Origin: Pelagomonas calceolata
Lineage: Eukaryota
Assembly: GCA_918797485.1 (NCBI GenBank)
Contig: CAKKNE010000004.1
Span: 1,798,001-1,862,000 of the forward strand
Length of the DNA stretch: 64,000 nucleotides
Direction of reading: 5' to 3'
Below the pieces are notes generated by a model. That model was not told where the DNA came from and ran no database searches. It saw nothing but the letters and a program-made list of their open reading frames with translations. The translations under genes and the position numbers were made by a program. Below are positions 13,101-25,220 of the stretch, piece by piece (the first letter of the stretch is position 1; every line of letters starts with the position of its first letter).

Positions 13101-16100
13101 ATACGCGCATGCAGCACCCGGGGGTTCCATTGCCTGGTCAGCTGACGGCACGCGACTCTTCTCGACGTCGCGTGGCGACGGTTGTTTGGCTGTCTGGAGC
13201 CTGGAGGCAGACACGCTGCCACCAGATGAGGCTACGGTGGCACCAGACGATGACGGCGTCGACCGATGCGAGTACGCATGCGGCCGTGCTCTTGATGGCG
13301 ACCCCGCAGTCGAACGCGCAGCGCAATTTGACCAGGGCGCGATCTTTCGTATGGAGGAAAAAGGGCGCGACGAGGACTACGCACCCCTACTCCCGTGGCA
13401 GCGAACAGTCGTCGCCCCGTCTCGGCCGCCAACCGAAGATCTAAGCCTACCGTCAGACCGACTCGAGCTGGAGTGGGTTCATGGTGCGCGATGTCATGAC
13501 ATCCGTGGCGCAGTACGGTACACGGCTGCACGTGACGGCGCCCGCGAAATTGTATATGCGGCGGCGCGCCTCTTGGTATGCCTAGCGCCGGGACCCCGGG
13601 CGCAAAGGTATTTCACTGAACATCCGGCCGACGTCGTCGGCGTTGCTACGCACCCCGAGACCGGTGTTGTGGCGACAGGTGACGCGCGGGTGCGACCTGC
13701 CGTTATGGTCTGGGACATTGGGTCCTTGGCATGTCGTGCGTGCCTCCGAGGGCACCATCGGCGCGCAGTTCCCCTCCTGGCATTTTCGCCGGCTCAAGGT
13801 GGTCGCTACCTGGCAACCGTCGGCTGCGATGACCTTCATCGCGCTGTCGTCTATGACTGGGCTGTTGGAGCGGTCGCAGCCGTGACACCAACGCATCAAG
13901 AGAAGCCATTGGCGCTGGTGTTCAATCGCGCAGGCGCGGGCTTCGGCGGTGGGGTTGGCTTTGCGCTCGGTGGCCGCGGCGTGCTGGCAGTGTGGACGTG
14001 CACAGGCCAAAGTGCGGCGCGTGAGCCCGTGCGCCTGGGTTCGCGTGGGTCCGTCCAAGCTACGCTCTGTCTGGCCTGGCAGGGGTCTAGCCTGGTGGCT
14101 GGCCAGGCAGATGGATCGCTATATCGCTTTTCCGGCCGTATGCTTGACCGCGTGGTGACTGCGCACCAGGGCGCAGTTAACGACGTCTGCGCGGCAGTTG
14201 ACGGTCTCTGCACTGGTGGCGCTGATGGGCTTGTCAAGCTCTGGAATCTTCAGCTCGAATGTATTCTAGATGTGGACCTGGCGCTATTGGGGTCTCTCGA
14301 CGCCCACGTTCGTGCGGTAGACTGGGACAGCGACCGCGGCCGTGTCGCGGTCGGCACGCGTGGCGCCGAGGTCTGGGAGCTCGACGCGACAGAGGGACGG
14401 AGCCTCCACGCAGGCGGCGCGCTCTGTTGTGGCCACTTTGGCGGCCACTTTGGCGGTGAGCTTTGGGCACTCGATGCGCATCCAACGCTGCCGCAATTCG
14501 CGACGGCTGGTGACGACCGCATGCTGCGTATTTGGTCTCTCTTTGACCGGCGTCAAGTCCGATGTGCTCAGCTTGAGATGATGGCGCGAGCGCTGGCGTA
14601 CGATCCGGAGGGCCAGCGCTTTGCTGTCGGTTTCGGCGCACCTGTCCCAACAGCGACCAAGCAGTTTGACGGCAAGATTGTGATCATGAGTGCGGACGAC
14701 TTTGCCGTCGTACATGAGGCGCGTGACTCGCAGAAACACATCACCGAGCTCAAGTGCGCGCAGCGTGGGCCCCAATTTCTTCGCTACCACAACCAACGGG
14801 TCTGTCGGTCGATCCGAGACTGTTTCTCTGGGAAGGGGGGGGGGGGGGGGTCAACGCGCTTGGGGCTACAACATTTCCGTTTCAAGGTACGCGCCTGGTG
14901 GTGACCTTCTGGCTGCCGGCTCACACGACCATCGCATGTACGTCTATGCTGTAGACGGTGGTGCGCTACGCCTACAAAACATGATCACACAGCATGACGC
15001 TGCGATTTTGCGTGTTGACTTTTCAGCACCAGCGAATGTGACATACCTCCGGTCCAACTGCGCAGCTGGTGAGCTCTGCTTTTTCGAGGCTGACACGGGA
15101 ATGTTCATTCCTGCCGCGTCGCGCCTCAAGGACGTCAAGTGGCATTCGCTCACGTGTCCACTTGGCTGGGCGGTACAGGGGACACACGCTGCGCAGAATG
15201 ATGGCTCGCGTGTGACAGCAGTCGACTGCCCACTGGCAAGTGCGCGACCGTCGCTTGCCGTGGGTGACAATTTCGGTCGTGTGCGACTCCTGCGCTACCC
15301 ATGCACGTCGGCGCTTGCTAAGAGCAAGGCATACCGCGGACATGCGGCACCCGTGGCGGCAGTCCGCTGGACGGCCGGCGCGTCGCACCTAGTAACTGTG
15401 GGCGCGCGTGATCGCGTAATCTTACAGTGGGAGCACGTCGTCGACGATATTGCCGAGGAGGAGCGCGCGGCGCGTGCTGCCACGGCGGCGCCTGACGCCA
15501 CCGACACGCCCGCGCCCGTCGGCGCTCCCATGCCCGCCGGCAGGGCTGACGCGGCTGCCGATGTGACCGCCGGGGCTCCCATGCGGACGGTTGATGCCCT
15601 TGCGGCAGACATTGATACGCTCGCAGACACGGTTGGAAACGACGACGAGGATGATGACGAAACGGAGGGATCTGATGACAACAGCCACAACACAGGAGTA
15701 GATGCGGATCCAGCTGAGGCGACGAGCAAGCCGTGGTTGCTCGCGTGCGTGCCACCGACGCGGGCGCCGCGCGCTGTTCTGGAGCCGCCTGATGCTACAC
15801 TCGCCGTTCGCTGGATCCACGGCTGTCAGGCCGAGCTATCACGAGGTGCAGTTGCATACAACGGTGCAGGCAACATAATATATGCGTGCGGTCATGTGTG
15901 CGTCATATATGCGCGCGCGCCACACGCGCAGTGGTATTACGCTGGTCACACACGCCTCGTCTCAGCGCTTGCTGCCTCGCCATGCGGCCGATTTGTCGCG
16001 TCGGGCGACCGCGCACGACGTGCACGCGTGCACATCTGGGATGCGCACGCAGGTGCAACAGTGGTCACGCTACCGCCGCGTCACCGAGGAGCAACGTGGG

Positions 16101-17866
16101 CCATCGCATTTGCGCCTGACAGTCGTCGACTGGCGTCCGTGGGCGCCGACAACGATGGTTCGCTGGCAGTCTGGCGAAGCCTATCCGGCGAGTGGCACGA
16201 TGGTGACTTGCTGGCGCTGGCTGCAGCTGGTGACAGGCCGGTTCGGTTTACGTGCTGGATGACTGCTCGTGATACTGGTGGTCTTGAGCTCGCGACTGGA
16301 GGTGACGGTCATGCATACTTCTGGCGCGTGGCTGGTGGCACGCTTGATGCGGCCGAACCTCTCTGGGGCGCGGCAGATCCGGCGCAGCGCCTACTCTGCG
16401 GCGCGGCGGTCGGTGACCGCGTGGTCACGGGCACGCGTGGAGGCCATCTCTACGTGTGGAAGGACAGGTGCTGCGCCAAGGCCGTGCGCGCGCACGAGCG
16501 CGGCCTCGAGGCAATCCACGCGGCAGGTCCAAACGGAATGGCCGGCTTCGCGACTGGCGGCGCGGACGGTTTTGTCAAACTTTGGACCGCGCGCTGCGTC
16601 CATGTCCGGACCTATGACCTTACCGAGGCGCCTGCGCCGCCGCTCCGACCGGCGATCGTAGCTGTCCACATTGGTCTTGCGCGGGGCTCTGTCGCGTACT
16701 CGCCAGTGTACGCACGCGCGCGTGAAAACGGGAAAACAAAGATACGCTATCCGCAGGCGCATTCTCGTACAGACGGCAGGCGCAGAGGTCTACGAAGTTG
16801 CAGCGGCATCGGGCGCGGCAACGCTCATCGCCGAGGGACACTACACTGGCGAGGCCTGGGCCCTCGCCACGAACCCGGCTGATAGCGAGCTTTTCGCGAC
16901 GGCAGGCGACGATGCGACGGTCCGCGTCTGGAGCGTGTCGGCCGATAAACTTGCGCGCAAGGCGGCGTTGGATGCGCCCGTGAGGTGCCTCGCATGGGCC
17001 CCCGATGGAGCGACACTATTGGCGGGGCTAGGCGGCAACGTCTCGGGTGCTCGGCACCCCAAGGATGGCACATTTGTCCTCCTTGACGTGGCCACCCTCC
17101 GCGTACGTGCAGAGGGTAGAGACTCGCGTCATTGGATTCGCTGTGCTGCCTTTTCGCCAACGGGCGATGCGTTTGCACTGGGCTCTTCCGACCAGAAAGT
17201 CTATATCTACGACTCAGCGACTGCGCGGCTCCGTGCGCGGTGCCTCGCGCACAATGCCCCCGTCGCACAGCTAGATTGGTCTCTCGACGGCCGACATGTG
17301 CAATCGGACGCAACTGATGGCGCGGCGTCTGCGCGGTCATACATCAAGACGCCAGCCGCCCATTTAATCTGCTTCTTCCCATCCATTGGGTTTCAAGGCG
17401 CCTGACGTGCCTTGTCCGCGCAGGTGAGCACCTCTATCATTTGGCAAGCGACGGCGCACCCGTGCGTCTACCTTCGCAGCTCCGCGATGCTGCCTTCGAT
17501 AGCTGGACTTGCATATATGGCTGGCCGGTTCAAGGCTGCTGGCCAGCGCTATCAGGCGATCTCGACCGTGACCGCACGGTTGACGTGGCGGCCGCAGACC
17601 GTGCGCGGACGACGCCGCTCCTGGCCAACGGTGATACAGCCGGAACCGTGCGACTTGTCCGCTACCCCTGCGCCCAGCAGGCCCGTTCGCGCGCGTGCGC
17701 GTTCCACCACGTCGGACCGGTTGCCCGAGTCTGCTTTACTGCCGACGACTGTGCGCTCATCACGATTGGTCGTCAGGATCGTGCGATTGTTGTTTGGAAT
17801 GTCGATGCCACAGCAACCGTGGCCAGAGGCAAAGAGGACTCCGACGAACCCCCCTTGGCGAAATGA
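10170..17866 (+). CDS. EF-hand + EML/EMAP-like (HELP/WD40 tandem beta-propeller) microtubule-associated protein, multi-exon
   Basis: MGQVLG start spliced to an EF-hand region (DDDQNELIDALE, DFDESGVLTVDE) and three HELP-like segments (LQLEHLFG, LELEWVHG, LAVRWIHG), each followed by WD40 repeats. Frame-restoring introns at about 10228-10307, 12854-13023, 14754-14886, 16696-16756 and 17320-17423. Confidence 0.88.
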
Positions 17867-18299
17867 GCACACATGTGGCTGCGCCCCCTGTCCGGGGCGC
17901 TGGCAGGTTGCTCTTCGCTCCCATTATTCCCAATATATATAATATTCGGGGCACGCTTCGTAGAGAGACGAGAGAGTAGGGCCCGGGAAGTGGCCCGGGG
18001 GTGTCGTCTTTGTCACTCCCCGGGCCCAGGTCATTCGACCTGAGTCGCATCAAAACAGAGCACCCCCGGAGCTGGGAGACTGAAAATCCTCGCGTTCCCC
18101 CTTGTTTCCCATTCCCCCGAAATTACCAAAACTTGAATGCGTAAAATCATTTATTACGGGGTTTCGTCGGACGCCCCTTTCTTCCCATATTCCCCTTTCC
18201 CCCTTTCTTCCCAGTCCCCCTTTCTTCCCAAGTCCCTAGACGTCCCGGCCCTTGGTATCCTCGGAAAAAGTAGATTTTATCTCCTCCCACTCTTGTTGT

Positions 18300-18900
18300 A
18301 GAAAGTCGTAGTGTAATGATGTCTTTATCTGCTCCAACGTGATCAAGAAGATACATTGCTTCTCTATGTGTCAAATTGAGACTATCCATGACCGTCGCAA
18401 CACTGAGTTTAATAACGGTCACTAGAGACGATATAGTCCGAGTCCCAGTGCCCCTCCATCGCAAGGTAAGTGACCATTGAATATTGTTGCCGTTTTGGTC
18501 CGACTATGAAATTTGCAACGGGAAGTTCGTCCGTCAATAAAAGTGACTGAGGATGATAATAGTCATGGTTGGGACTCGGAGTGAGAGGCGACTTCATCAT
18601 GATGAGCAGGGAAATAGGTACTAGGCGCGCCTTGTGTTTTCGATAGGTGCCATCTGCATCTCGCTTGATCTTCAACACCAGCCTTGTGCTGACGGCTTGG
18701 AATGGTCTAGAGTCACCTCTAGGCTAAACACACCTATTTTGCACAAGTCGCCAATCTCTTTCATTATTGCTGCCACCATTGCTTCACGCTGATCAGGTGG
18801 GTATTCTTCCAACTCAGCAATATCTTCTGGCTTATAGATGATGTCATCTGCATGAAGCTGTATTGATATTTTTCAAAAGTTTGCCGCATCATCATATTGA
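18300..18900 (-). pseudogene. Degenerate Ty1/copia reverse transcriptase fragment with an adjacent partial LTR copy
   Basis: LKIKRDADGTYRKHKARLV matches the copia RT N-terminal K.K...DG...KARLV motif. The frame is broken and abuts an LTR-like segment at about 18500-18595. Confidence 0.65.
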
Positions 18901-19130
18901 TCCTTTAGAAGTCCCTCGCTTTTTCTAGCTCTTGATCAATGTCTAGATGGCCGTCCTCCCCCCCACTTCGTGTCAAGAGACTATGCAAATTACGGTACCT
19001 ACGGTACGGTCCTTCATAACTTAACAAAATACCTACGGTACGGTACCTACGGTACCTATGTATTCATACGGTATTTGTCAAAAAGCAATAATGAACTTTC
19101 ATCTTGGAACCTGCTTACTTCGAGTTGCAG

Positions 19131-22100
19131 ATGGATGGCTTCAGGTTGCTCCTGGCATATTGTGTACTCGTTGCTTTCGCTCGAAGCACAAATCTTGATC
19201 TTGGTTTAAAGATCGCATTGCATGCCCAATCTAAGTCCTCTCTACATGGTTGGGTTGCCGGCTCCGAGGTCACTACGCGTGGACTGCGACGTGCCTTCCT
19301 CAAAAGGGCTGATGTTTCGATTGTGGAGATATTTGCTCCATTTTGCTATGAAGGTGCTCAAAATTTCACGGCGCCTTCCACGGCATCGTCGCGACGTCTG
19401 CTTACACGCCTGACTTAGGAATTGCCCACCAATGGGATATGTTACTCGTAGAGGGGTTTTCCGGTCCTGTCTATTCCAGGTGCACAAATCAAATTTCACT
19501 GCGCCTTTCGCTATCAACGCAGCGTCTGCTCGATCGCATGGTAGTGCGGGTCTCTCACCACTCGGCTTGGCCAGCACGGCTGCGTTGTCGCCGAGCAATG
19601 ACTTTGTGAAGAATTATCCAGGTGCACCTGACTCAGTGGTTGAGTTGCACACAGGTCCAGTCTGTAATACGTGGCATGCGTCGGTTTAATAAACAAATCG
19701 CTGTGTTCCATTCTGTGTGGAAAGCAAATTAGGCGGCCCGTGCGCCATCGATGCGATGTCATCCCGTAACTGCGCCTGCTCGATGGCGTGGAGGTTGACG
19801 AAGCACTCTCGCAGTAATTCTCAGATAACCTGACTCGCTGGTTGATTTCCACACAGGTTCCATTGGTGTCTGGACACATATCCAACACTCGCCTCGGTAG
19901 CAGCGATTGATGTCGATAGTTTTCTCACAAACTCACGGCTTTTGGCATTACATGGGTTTACTATGGCAGGTGGTAATGTTCTTGGTTTGGCGTCACCTTG
20001 GTTTCACAAGGCCGTCGGCGACTCGGCGCGGACATGACTCTTCAGCGTGAGACGTGTCGACTGCGTCAACGCGACGGCGTCGCTCCACGCAGAACCTCGC
20101 ACCTCGTGAGTTCGTAGCACTCGCCGTGGATACTAGAGAAATGAAACCACCGTCTGACGCGCGCGCGCAACGATCTGTGTAGAAAATCGTACTCTTCACC
20201 CTCCACACCATACAGTTAATGGGATGGCATCGCGTCGATGGCGTAGGGGCTGACTCGATCGACCTCAAAGATGGTCTCCGCACAGGCATCCCTCCAGCAA
20301 TGATACTGTCGTTGTGTATCTTGGGCAGCCCTCATACAGCAAAGCGCTACTCGCCAAGACACTTCTTGCTCTGTATGACGTTCCCGGTGTAAGGCTGAAA
20401 ATCTATGGGTCTGCGTGGGATCATTTTTCGCTGCAAGACAAGGATTATGCGCGGCTGGCGGCTTGCTGCTGGCAAGGCAGACTCCCTAGTGGTAGCATCG
20501 CCAGACTTTATGCAAATGCAACCGTAATACTCGGCACAACCGATTCTTCACAGCGGCGCCTGGGCATGGTGAACAACCGTGTATTTGAGGCACTCGCGTG
20601 CAGCGGTGGTCAATTTGTTGCTGTTGAAGAGCGTGGAGTAGACTTTTTCTCCGAGTTGCGAGGTGCAATAAGATCGCATGGTGTCGTAACTTACGCGACG
20701 ACTGATGGAATTAAAGCAATCACAGATCTGCTAGTTGCGTATCACCCCTCCTCGACCTTACTACGTCGCGTTGCTGCTAAAGCACGCGCACATGCAATTA
20801 GGCATCACACATACGACACACGGGCGGCGATAATCTTAAATGTCGCTGCACGTCACTACAATAGTGTAAGATCACAAAAACCACGATCCGGTCGGCCCAT
20901 AGTCACCGTTATTGTTGACGGTGGCGACATCGTAGACTGGGAATTCATATACGGACTATTACCAGCATTCTTGGCGCATGATCGTGAATGGCAGTTACGA
21001 GTATTCGATGCAAGCACCATGGATGTCAACGCAATCGCTGGTTCGGCGCTTGTAGTGGCTCGTGGTCCTTGGGGTGGTGTTGCCATGCGCCTAGTCAGCG
21101 CGTTGGATGATTTTGCAGCATGCGCCACAGGGGGTGGGATCCGTGGTATGCCACGGCGCCCGGTGACCGCGATTTCCCTTCAACATGTACGCAGTCCAGC
21201 TCTGCCCATGGGCATAAATTGCAAGGAAGTGTTAAGATTTGATGCGATATTTCATGATTCTATCGTTTCCAAACTGCCTCTGTGTCTCGAGCATCACCCC
21301 AACGCACGGGTTGCCCTTGGCGTTAATGTAGCCGCGCTCCATAAGGATTGGTTTTGTTCGACTACTGGTTCCTGCGCAGGCTCAGCTAATGGTCGAGATA
21401 ATTACGAGACAAGAAAGCTATGGGTTTATAACAAAAACACCGCCCCTAAGCAAGAGATGGAATGTCTGGATTGGTACGACTTTGCTAGTTGGAATGGGGG
21501 AAAACATATTAGATCGTACCGTCGTCGATGTGTCCATGTTCAACGACTGATGCGTGCAGAGACGTTCCTTGCAGTTCTGCGGTCTAGTCAGCCCCTTGGA
21601 CTTCTATTTTCACAACCAAGCGACATAGGAACCTTCCTGTATCTCGCCAGTCTTGCTGTTGGTGCTGTTATTCGCACTCCAGGTGATAATGCATCATTGG
21701 TGCGCGTCCTTTCGCTCGGTCCGAAGATCTTAGCTAATTATTTTTGTCTTGAAACTCTGACAAATGTGCTCGTAAATACCTTAGTTTGGACATTGGATTC
21801 CCCACGGTCGATAGCTGACCTTGAAATCATGGCCCCAGGAGAAGAAGACACCCTTGTTTGCAGTCACGATGTGCAGAACCCTGGCTCAATCTGGAAATGC
21901 TCTATCCCGGTGACAGTTAGTCTACAATCGTTCGTGCCTCCAGACGATGGTGTCTGGTGTGTGCATGTCAACGAAATTGAACTCGTTTGCCAGGGTGACA
22001 CAAAAGAACAAGTGAGGGCTGACTTTGAATTTGATCTGGGAGACATGACAGCTTACACTGTTCGCGTCTGTGCTGTTCTTCGGAGTCCCAACGCAGACCT

Positions 22101-22155
22101 GGGCCGGCTCTCCGTGGTCCGCCGATCTCGGTCGATTTCTCTAGTGCTCACTTGA
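19131..22155 (+). CDS. Membrane-anchored/secreted glycosyltransferase-like protein (Glyco_trans_1_2/CgeB-like), 5 N-terminal introns
   Basis: Hydrophobic N-terminus. The spliced frame reads EGFSGP|VQSVIRGMRRFNKQIAV|FHWCLDTYP...VYLGQ. GT motifs IYGSAW, GMVNNRVFEALAC and HTYDTRA are present. Confidence 0.7.
19469..19654 (+). mobile_element. Introner-like element forming an intron
   Basis: Ends in ...GACTCAGTGGTTGAGTTGCACACAG. The body is homologous to 48431-48633. Degenerate TSD GTCTATTC/GTCCAGTC. Confidence 0.8.
19705..19856 (+). mobile_element. Introner element (TIR CTGTGTGGAAA...TTTCCACACAG, perfect 8-bp TSD GTTCCATT) forming a GT-AG intron
   Basis: TSD at 19705-19712 and 19857-19864. Removing the intron restores AV|FHWCLDTYP. 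Confidence 0.92.
20167..20285 (+). mobile_element. Degenerate introner forming a GC-AG intron
   Basis: CTGTGT...GCACAG ends and an internal CGATGGCGT motif. Removal joins ...PSDARA|HPSSNDTVVVYLGQ in frame. Confidence 0.7.
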
Positions 22156-23195
22156 GGTGATGGTCGAACTGTTTGCATGTGATGTCGAAGTAAGTCAGGG
22201 TAGTCCTTCAAGTTGACTTGAACGCCAACTACATAATACATACACCACTATCTATTCTCCCATCGCGCCTCGCCGCGCGACATCGAAGCGGCACCTCCCG
22301 GGCCTCCGGCTCAGGCTGCCAGTACGCGCCGGCCCGGCCCGCCGGGGCTACAACGAGTCCGGGTCTGTGTGACTCGGACTTTCGGTCACGATGATGAGGG
22401 ACCTCCGGCAGGTCGGCTGTCGGGGCTGCCTCAGGATCCGCGCAAGCTCCGCCTGGCTCCCGCCATTTTCGAGTTAGCGAGCAATCAACCCAGGGAGATC
22501 CAGGGCTATCTGATGAAAAGAATCAACTATTTGCGATTGAGACGACGGCACTCAGAGGCCTGGTGAATATCCTTTTTATGCGAAGTTCGCTGTCACTGAC
22601 CCAAAGGTATGATCCACGTGTGAGAATATCAGTATTGGCTTCATCAAGAATGACATTGCCTAATGCAACCTCTGCCTTGAGGCCGGAAACACTCCCCCCA
22701 TTAGCAATGTAGTCCTTGATGCTGGACGCGCTGTTGAGAGCCCTATTTTCGCTCTTCTTAATACGATGCAGAGGAAGCATGGCTGTTGCGAGGCTGTTGC
22801 CCTCCGCATGAGACAGGTCATACCCCGGGGAGTCGGATACAAGCCCCACCAGTAGGGCCGAATGCTGCATCTCATGTGACCGCACTGTAAGGTTTAGTGG
22901 CAGGTGACCGTCGCAAGAGGGAGGTTTGTATAGAGTAGCCTCCTGCAGGCCTGGGGGTGCCTACTGTGTCTCATCTTCCCATAGTAATTTCTCCCCCTCT
23001 TCACATGTATCGTGTTGCCTTTATTATCCGCAACTTGAAAAACGGTGACCACAAAACAACCCACCGTTTTGCGTGGCAATCGCTCCGAGTCAACGCAGAA
23101 TTCTGGGGCATAATTCACCGTGACAGCGGCGGAGGGGCTAGGCTTTGGCAATTCCGACATTGAAAGCGGCTCGCTGAATTCCCAGTGCTCTTCAC

Positions 23196-23304
23196 GGTAC
23201 CGTACCGTAGGTACCGTAGGTACCTACCGTAGGTACCCTAGGTACCTACCGTAGGTACCGTAGGTACCGTAGGTACCAGCAAGTACGTACCTACGGTACG
23301 GTAC
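23196..23304. repeat. (GTACCGTAG)n tandem array
   Basis: Direct observation. Related arrays at 18991-19058 and 40620-40716. Confidence 0.9.
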
Positions 23305-23515
23305 TGAAAGATCACTAGTAATACTGTACCAGCTCACGCACATCCCGCGCAGCGCCGGGGAAGTGCGGAATTACACACCCTTTATTTCCCCCCCTGCATC
23401 GCAGGGAGCCGCGCAGAACTTGAAGCTGAGATCGTGTGGACAGCGTGCTCAGCGCCGGGTCAACCGCCGATGCTACCAATTATTTTCAGGTAATGATGAT
23501 CCTTGACGCTGTTAG

Positions 23516-24352
23516 ATGAGGGCTCCGGAAGAAGCCGATGTCACCTCAGATCATGATTACGAAAGAAAGTGGCTGCAGATCTCCCATGAACTAGACAAGC
23601 TGCAAATTAGCTATCGGCGACTTCAAAGTGTGAACGAGTCTCTGAAGAGACAGATAGAGGCTTTGAACAAGCAACAGATCACTTACGTAGCCGAACGGAA
23701 AGAGGCTGAACGCAATGCCCACCAAGCAGAACTCAGGGTTGAACTATTGGGGCAAAATGCACTTATAGACCAGAGGGTTCGCGAGGGTCAGATCAAACGT
23801 CTGCGCATAGTAGAACATCAGATGAACGAGGTCCTTGCTAATTCACGGAATGAGCGTAACCAGCGAGTTAAGGCGGAGGAAAAGACAGCGAACCTGACCA
23901 AGGCACTAAATCGTGAACGTGCGCAGCGCCTTCACGACTTGCATCTGAATTTCCGTGTTGTGGGCGATTCACTCTCTGCTATGAAACGAGAGCGGCTTAT
24001 GGAGGAGCGCTGTCTCTCTTCCGAGAGAGACGCCGAACTAGTCACACGCAATTGTAACCTCCTCGAGACCGCCGTAACGACACACCATTCCGTTGATAGT
24101 AGAAGTATCTGCACACAAGCACAACAGGAGCATGCCATAGAATGGGGGCGTGCAAAGCGACTCTTACTCAAGTCCCTTGTTCAAGAGATGCGCAAAGATG
24201 CGCAAAATACATGCTTTGAAAAAGAATACCCTCAGAAGGAGCTTCATCGACTCCCTTCGAATCTCATTACATCAACTGTGATTCCTGGGCGTGCTGTGAA
24301 AACTAACAAACGCAGTCCTTCCCTTCGAAATTTGTTGCCTCCACTCCCTTAG
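23516..24352 (+). CDS. Coiled-coil protein of unknown function
   Basis: 278-aa ORF rich in E/R/Q/L with a heptad-like pattern. Confidence 0.55.
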   Translation: MRAPEEADVTSDHDYERKWLQISHELDKLQISYRRLQSVNESLKRQIEALNKQQITYVAERKEAERNAHQAELRVELLGQNALIDQRVREGQIKRLRIVEHQMNEVLANSRNERNQRVKAEEKTANLTKALNRERAQRLHDLHLNFRVVGDSLSAMKRERLMEERCLSSERDAELVTRNCNLLETAVTTHHSVDSRSICTQAQQEHAIEWGRAKRLLLKSLVQEMRKDAQNTCFEKEYPQKELHRLPSNLITSTVIPGRAVKTNKRSPSLRNLLPPLP

Positions 24353-24713
24353 CCTGAGCCAATAACTTGAAGGCAGTACAAATGAGTGCGTGCAATAAAT
24401 ATACTTCTATGCAGGACCTGGTGTTGGGATTAGTAAAGTTCTCTACTAAAGAAGTTCGCATCACCTTGCCAGTGGTCCTACTTACATGTGATTGAATATA
24501 CACTGGCAGCCGCGCTTAAGTCTCGATACTAAAATCAAATGTTCCATATTCTGAACATTGAGAACATCATGATGGCGACAAGATTTTTAAACTTCAAGCC
24601 TGAGTTATCTTGCATTCCCCCGGGGCCCGGGCCCAATGAAATGTACGGCAGTTCCGAGTCGTATGAAGTAGGCGGCGAACTGGAGACACCACGCAGAGCG
24701 TGGGCCCATAACC

Positions 24714-25052
24714 TGCGATGCAGAGGGAAATAGAGCGTGTAGCTCCGGACTTCCCCGGCAGCGTAGTGTAGTCGTCTAACGAAATGGTTTCTCCCATGTT
24801 TGATGGGGTTTGCGACGGGAAATTCGTCCGTCAATAAAAGGTGACTCAGGATGATAATAGTTAGGAGTGAGAGGCGACTTCCCCCTACTAAGGGGATATC
24901 GGAGTCACGGTCACTACCGTGCCAGTGATGGTACCGTAGGTACCCTCAGGCTAGGATGGGAAGTAGCCTAGGCGGGTAATACAAGTGCGGGTTGTGCTTG
25001 GATACGTCTCAGTTGAGCCTTGGGATCCTACTAGACGTGTATTTCCATTGCA
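24714..25052. mobile_element. LTR (solo) copy, TGCGATG...CATTGCA
   Basis: Homologous to 51945-52257 along its length. TG...CA ends with a short inverted repeat. No matching TSD. Confidence 0.75.
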
Positions 25053-25094
25053 CTCTCTTCGAGCTAAAAAAGGGGAGGCACTACAAGAATATAA

Positions 25095-25220
25095 TTCATT
25101 AATTAAGGGAGGAATATCCCAAAGGAAAGGACATACACAAAGCCTCTAAACTTGAAAGGCCTTCTCCCTGCGCCGGACCTGCGCCGCCGCTAGGATACCC
25201 AGCCGGCGCTTAAAAATACA
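25095..25220. repeat. Dispersed repeat family (GGAATATCC..AAAGGACATACAC.AAGCCTC...)
   Basis: Homologous copies at about 41340-41450 (reverse), 43890-43960 and 62695-62745 (reverse). Confidence 0.75.

Noticed and set aside
5311..17340. Numerous 60-240 aa antisense or alternative-frame ORFs over the ankyrin and EML genes
   Set aside because: Shadow ORFs expected in GC-rich coding DNA; no motifs.
10091..17866. Apparent frameshifts or pseudogenisation in the EML, XRN1, RCC1 and ARM genes
   Set aside because: Where checked (EML, XRN1), short GT/GC-AG introns restore frame and conserved motifs. The same is assumed for RCC1 and ARM.
17978..18075. CCGGGGGTG...CACCCCCGG inverted repeat as the scar-making transposon
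   Set aside because: The termini are confounded by GGCCCGGG scars and no TSD can be assigned.
24911..24932. GT-CACTA...TGATG-GT as a miniature CACTA element
   Set aside because: Explained equally well by nested scars with one CpG transition; too short to call.
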